Of a stretch of 64,000 bases of DNA, positions 61,901-64,000 are shown one piece after another; position 1 is the stretch's first letter, and the number at the start of each line of letters is the position of its first letter. The notes beneath the pieces were generated by a model, which saw nothing but the letters and a program-made list of their open reading frames with translations, ran no database searches and was not told where the DNA came from. The position numbers were made by a program, and so were the translations under genes. The stretch comes from Eledone cirrhosa (taxonomy: Eukaryota). The stretch is from the NCBI GenBank assembly GCA_964016885.1, contig OZ024741.1, positions 262,322,001-262,386,000 of the forward strand, written 5' to 3'.

Positions 61901-64000
61901 CTTACGGGTGTTCTGACTTACGAGTGTTCTGATTTACGGATGTTTCGACTTATGAGTGTTTCGACTACGAGTGTTTCGACTACGAGTGTTTCGACTTACG
62001 AGTGTTCTGACTTACGAGTGTTCTGACTTACGGGTGTTCTGACTTACGAGTGTTCCGACTTACGAGTGTTTCGGCTTATGAGTGTTTCGGCTTACGAGCG
62101 TTTCGACTACGAGTGTTTCGACTTACGAATGTTTTTGCTTACGAGTGTTTCGACTTACGAATGTTTTTGCTTACGAGTGTTTCGGCTTACGAGTGTTTCG
62201 ACTTACAAGTGTTTCGACTTACGAGTGTTTTGACTTACGGGTATTTCGGCTTACGAGTGTTTCTACTTACGAGTGTTTCGACTTACGAGTGTTCCGACTT
62301 ACGAGTGTTTTGACTTACGAGTGTTCCGACTTACGAGTGTTTCGGCTTACGAGTGTTTCGGCTCACGAGTGTTTCGACTTACGAGTGTTTTGAATTACGA
62401 ATGTTTTGCCTTACGGGTGTTTCGGTTTACGGGTGTTTTGACTTACGAGTGTTCTGACTTACGAGTGTTCCGGCTTACGAGTGTTTCGGCTTACGAGTGT
62501 TTTGGTTTACGTGTGTTTCGACTTACGAATGTTTCGGCTTGCGAGTGTTTCGACTTACGAGTGTTCCGACCTACGAGTGTTTCGGCTACGGATGTTCCGA
62601 CTTACGGGTGTTTCGGCTTATGAGTGTTTCGAATTACGAGTGTTTTGACTTACGGGTGTTTCGACTTACGAGTGTTTTGGTTTACGTGTGTTTCGACTTA
62701 CGAATGTTTCGGCTTACGAGTGTTTCGACTTACGAGTGTTTAAACTTACGAGTGTTTTGACTTACGGGTGTTTCGACTTACGAGTGTTTTGGTTTACGTG
62801 TGTTTCGACTTACGAATGTTTCGGCTTACGAGTGTTTCGGCTCACGAGTTTTCCGACTTACGAGTGTTTCGGCTTACGGATGTTTCGACTTACGGGTGTT
62901 TCGACTCACGAGTGTTTCTACTTACGAGTGTTTCGACTTACGAGTGTTTTCACTTACGAGTGTTCCGACTTACGAGTGTTTCGGCTTACGAGTGTTCCGA
63001 CCTACGAGGGTTTCGGCTTTCGGGTGTTCCGACTTACGAGTATTTTCAGCTTACGAGTGTTTCGACTTACGAGTGTTTTGACTTACGGGTGTTTTGACAT
63101 AAGAGTGTTTCGATACGAGTGTTCTGACTTACGAGTGTTCTGACTTACGAGTGTTCTCACTTACGGGTGTTCTGACTTACGAGTGTTCCGACTTACGAGT
63201 GTTTCGGCTTATGAGTGTTTCGGCTTACGAGCGTTTGGACTACGAGTATTTCGACTTACGAATGTTTTTGCTTACGAGTGTTTCGAGTTACGAATGTTTT
63301 TGCTTACGAATGTTTTTGCTTACGAGTGTTCTGACTTACGAGTGTTTTGACTTACGAGTGTTCCGACTTACGACTGTTTTGGTTTACGTGTGTTTCGACT
63401 TACGAATGTTTCGGCTTACGAGTGTTTCGACTTACGAGTGTTCCGACCTACGAGTGTTTCGGCTACGGATGTTCCGACTTACGAGTATTTTCGGCTTACG
63501 AGTGTTTTGACTTACGATTGTTTTGACTTACGAGTGTTTTGACTTAAGGATATTTTGACTTACGGGTGTTTCGGCTTACGAGTGTTTCGACTTACGAGTT
63601 TTTTTTGGTTTACGTGTGTTTCGACTTACTAATGTTTCGGCTTACGAGTGTTTAGAATTACGAGTGTTTCGACTTACGGTTGTTCTGACTTACGGGTATT
63701 CCGACTTACGAGTGATTTGGCATACGAGTGTTTCGACTTACGAGTGTTTTCGGCTTACGAGTGTTTCGACTTACGAGTGTTTTGACTTACGATTGTTTCG
63801 GCTTACGAGTGTTTCGACTTACGAGTGTTTCGGCTTACGAGTGTTTCGGCTTATGAGTGTTTTGACTTAAGGGTGTTTCGACGAGTGTTTCGATACGAGT
63901 GTTTCGACTTACGGGTGTTCTGACTTACGAGTGTTCTGATTTACGGATGTTTCGAATTATGAGTGTTTCGACTACGAGTGTTTCGACTTACGAATGTTTT

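Larger units (their letters stand above)
1..64000 (+). repeat. 16-bp tandem satellite DNA array (consensus ACGAGTGTTTCGACTT), extends past both window edges
   Basis: The monomer is visible on every line, always in the same orientation. Common variants are TTTCGG, TTTTGA, TTCCGA, TTCTGA, ACGGGT, ACGAAT and ACATAC, plus 14/15/17-bp length variants. ORF translations repeat TYECFDLRVFRLTSVS (48 bp = 3 monomers). Confidence 0.99.
44463..64000 (+). repeat. ~10.15 kb tandem duplication, second copy starts ~54586 and is cut by the window edge
   Basis: Offsets are 10123 (44896/55019), then 10155 (45373/55528 through 51895/62050, inserts 48746/58901), then 10235 (52262/62497, 53381/63616). Confidence 0.92.

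Noticed and set aside
117-63870. Hundreds of + strand ORFs up to 264 aa (repeat TYECFDLRVFRLTSVS)
   Set aside because: The + strand consensus has no stop codon in any frame and all three frames give the same peptide. ORFs end wherever a TGA/TAA variant falls in frame. The - strand has TAA in each monomer, which explains the absence of - ORFs. There is no frame preference or unique domain.
1-64000. Canonical CENP-B box (NTTCGNNNNANNCGGGN)
   Set aside because: TTCG-N4-A matches, but in the ACGGG variant the CGGG lies 2 bp too early, and the consensus has AGTG at those positions.
1-64000. Telomerase-made telomere tract (long yeast-type repeat; occasional ACGGATGT or TTAGG variants)
   Set aside because: The consensus lacks G runs. 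Heritable variants, kb-scale duplications and interspersed inserts fit recombination-driven satellite, and the look-alike motifs are rare variants.
1-64000. Inversions or embedded transposon bodies
   Set aside because: I saw no reverse-orientation monomers (AAGTCGAAACACTCGT) and no unique sequence other than the 78-bp element.

Overview
The whole 64 kb window is one head-to-tail satellite DNA array in a single orientation, most likely eukaryotic heterochromatin; the organism cannot be identified from the sequence. The monomer is 16 bp (consensus ACGAGTGTTTCGACTT, on the order of 3,900 copies) with recurrent variants. The array is interrupted by 25 near-identical copies of a ~78 bp AT-rich element (AAAATAACAAATAGACGCGG...TATACGTTTCGCT), all inserted at the same point of the monomer. 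Variant monomers and these inserts reveal nested higher-order duplications of 128 bp, 335 bp, 846/959 bp, ~3.1, ~3.5, 4.25, ~4.6 and ~10.15 kb, plus a change of variant subfamily across ~28-37 kb. I find no supportable genes, RNAs or CRISPR array; the ORF track is an artefact of a monomer that has no stop codon on the + strand. The most interesting lead is that the monomer core TTCGACTTACGA resembles, from memory and unverified, the terminal/subterminal repeats of pogo/Tigger-type DNA transposons, the family that gave rise to CENP-B. All coordinates were read by eye or taken from ORF-track offsets, so duplication boundaries are approximate.
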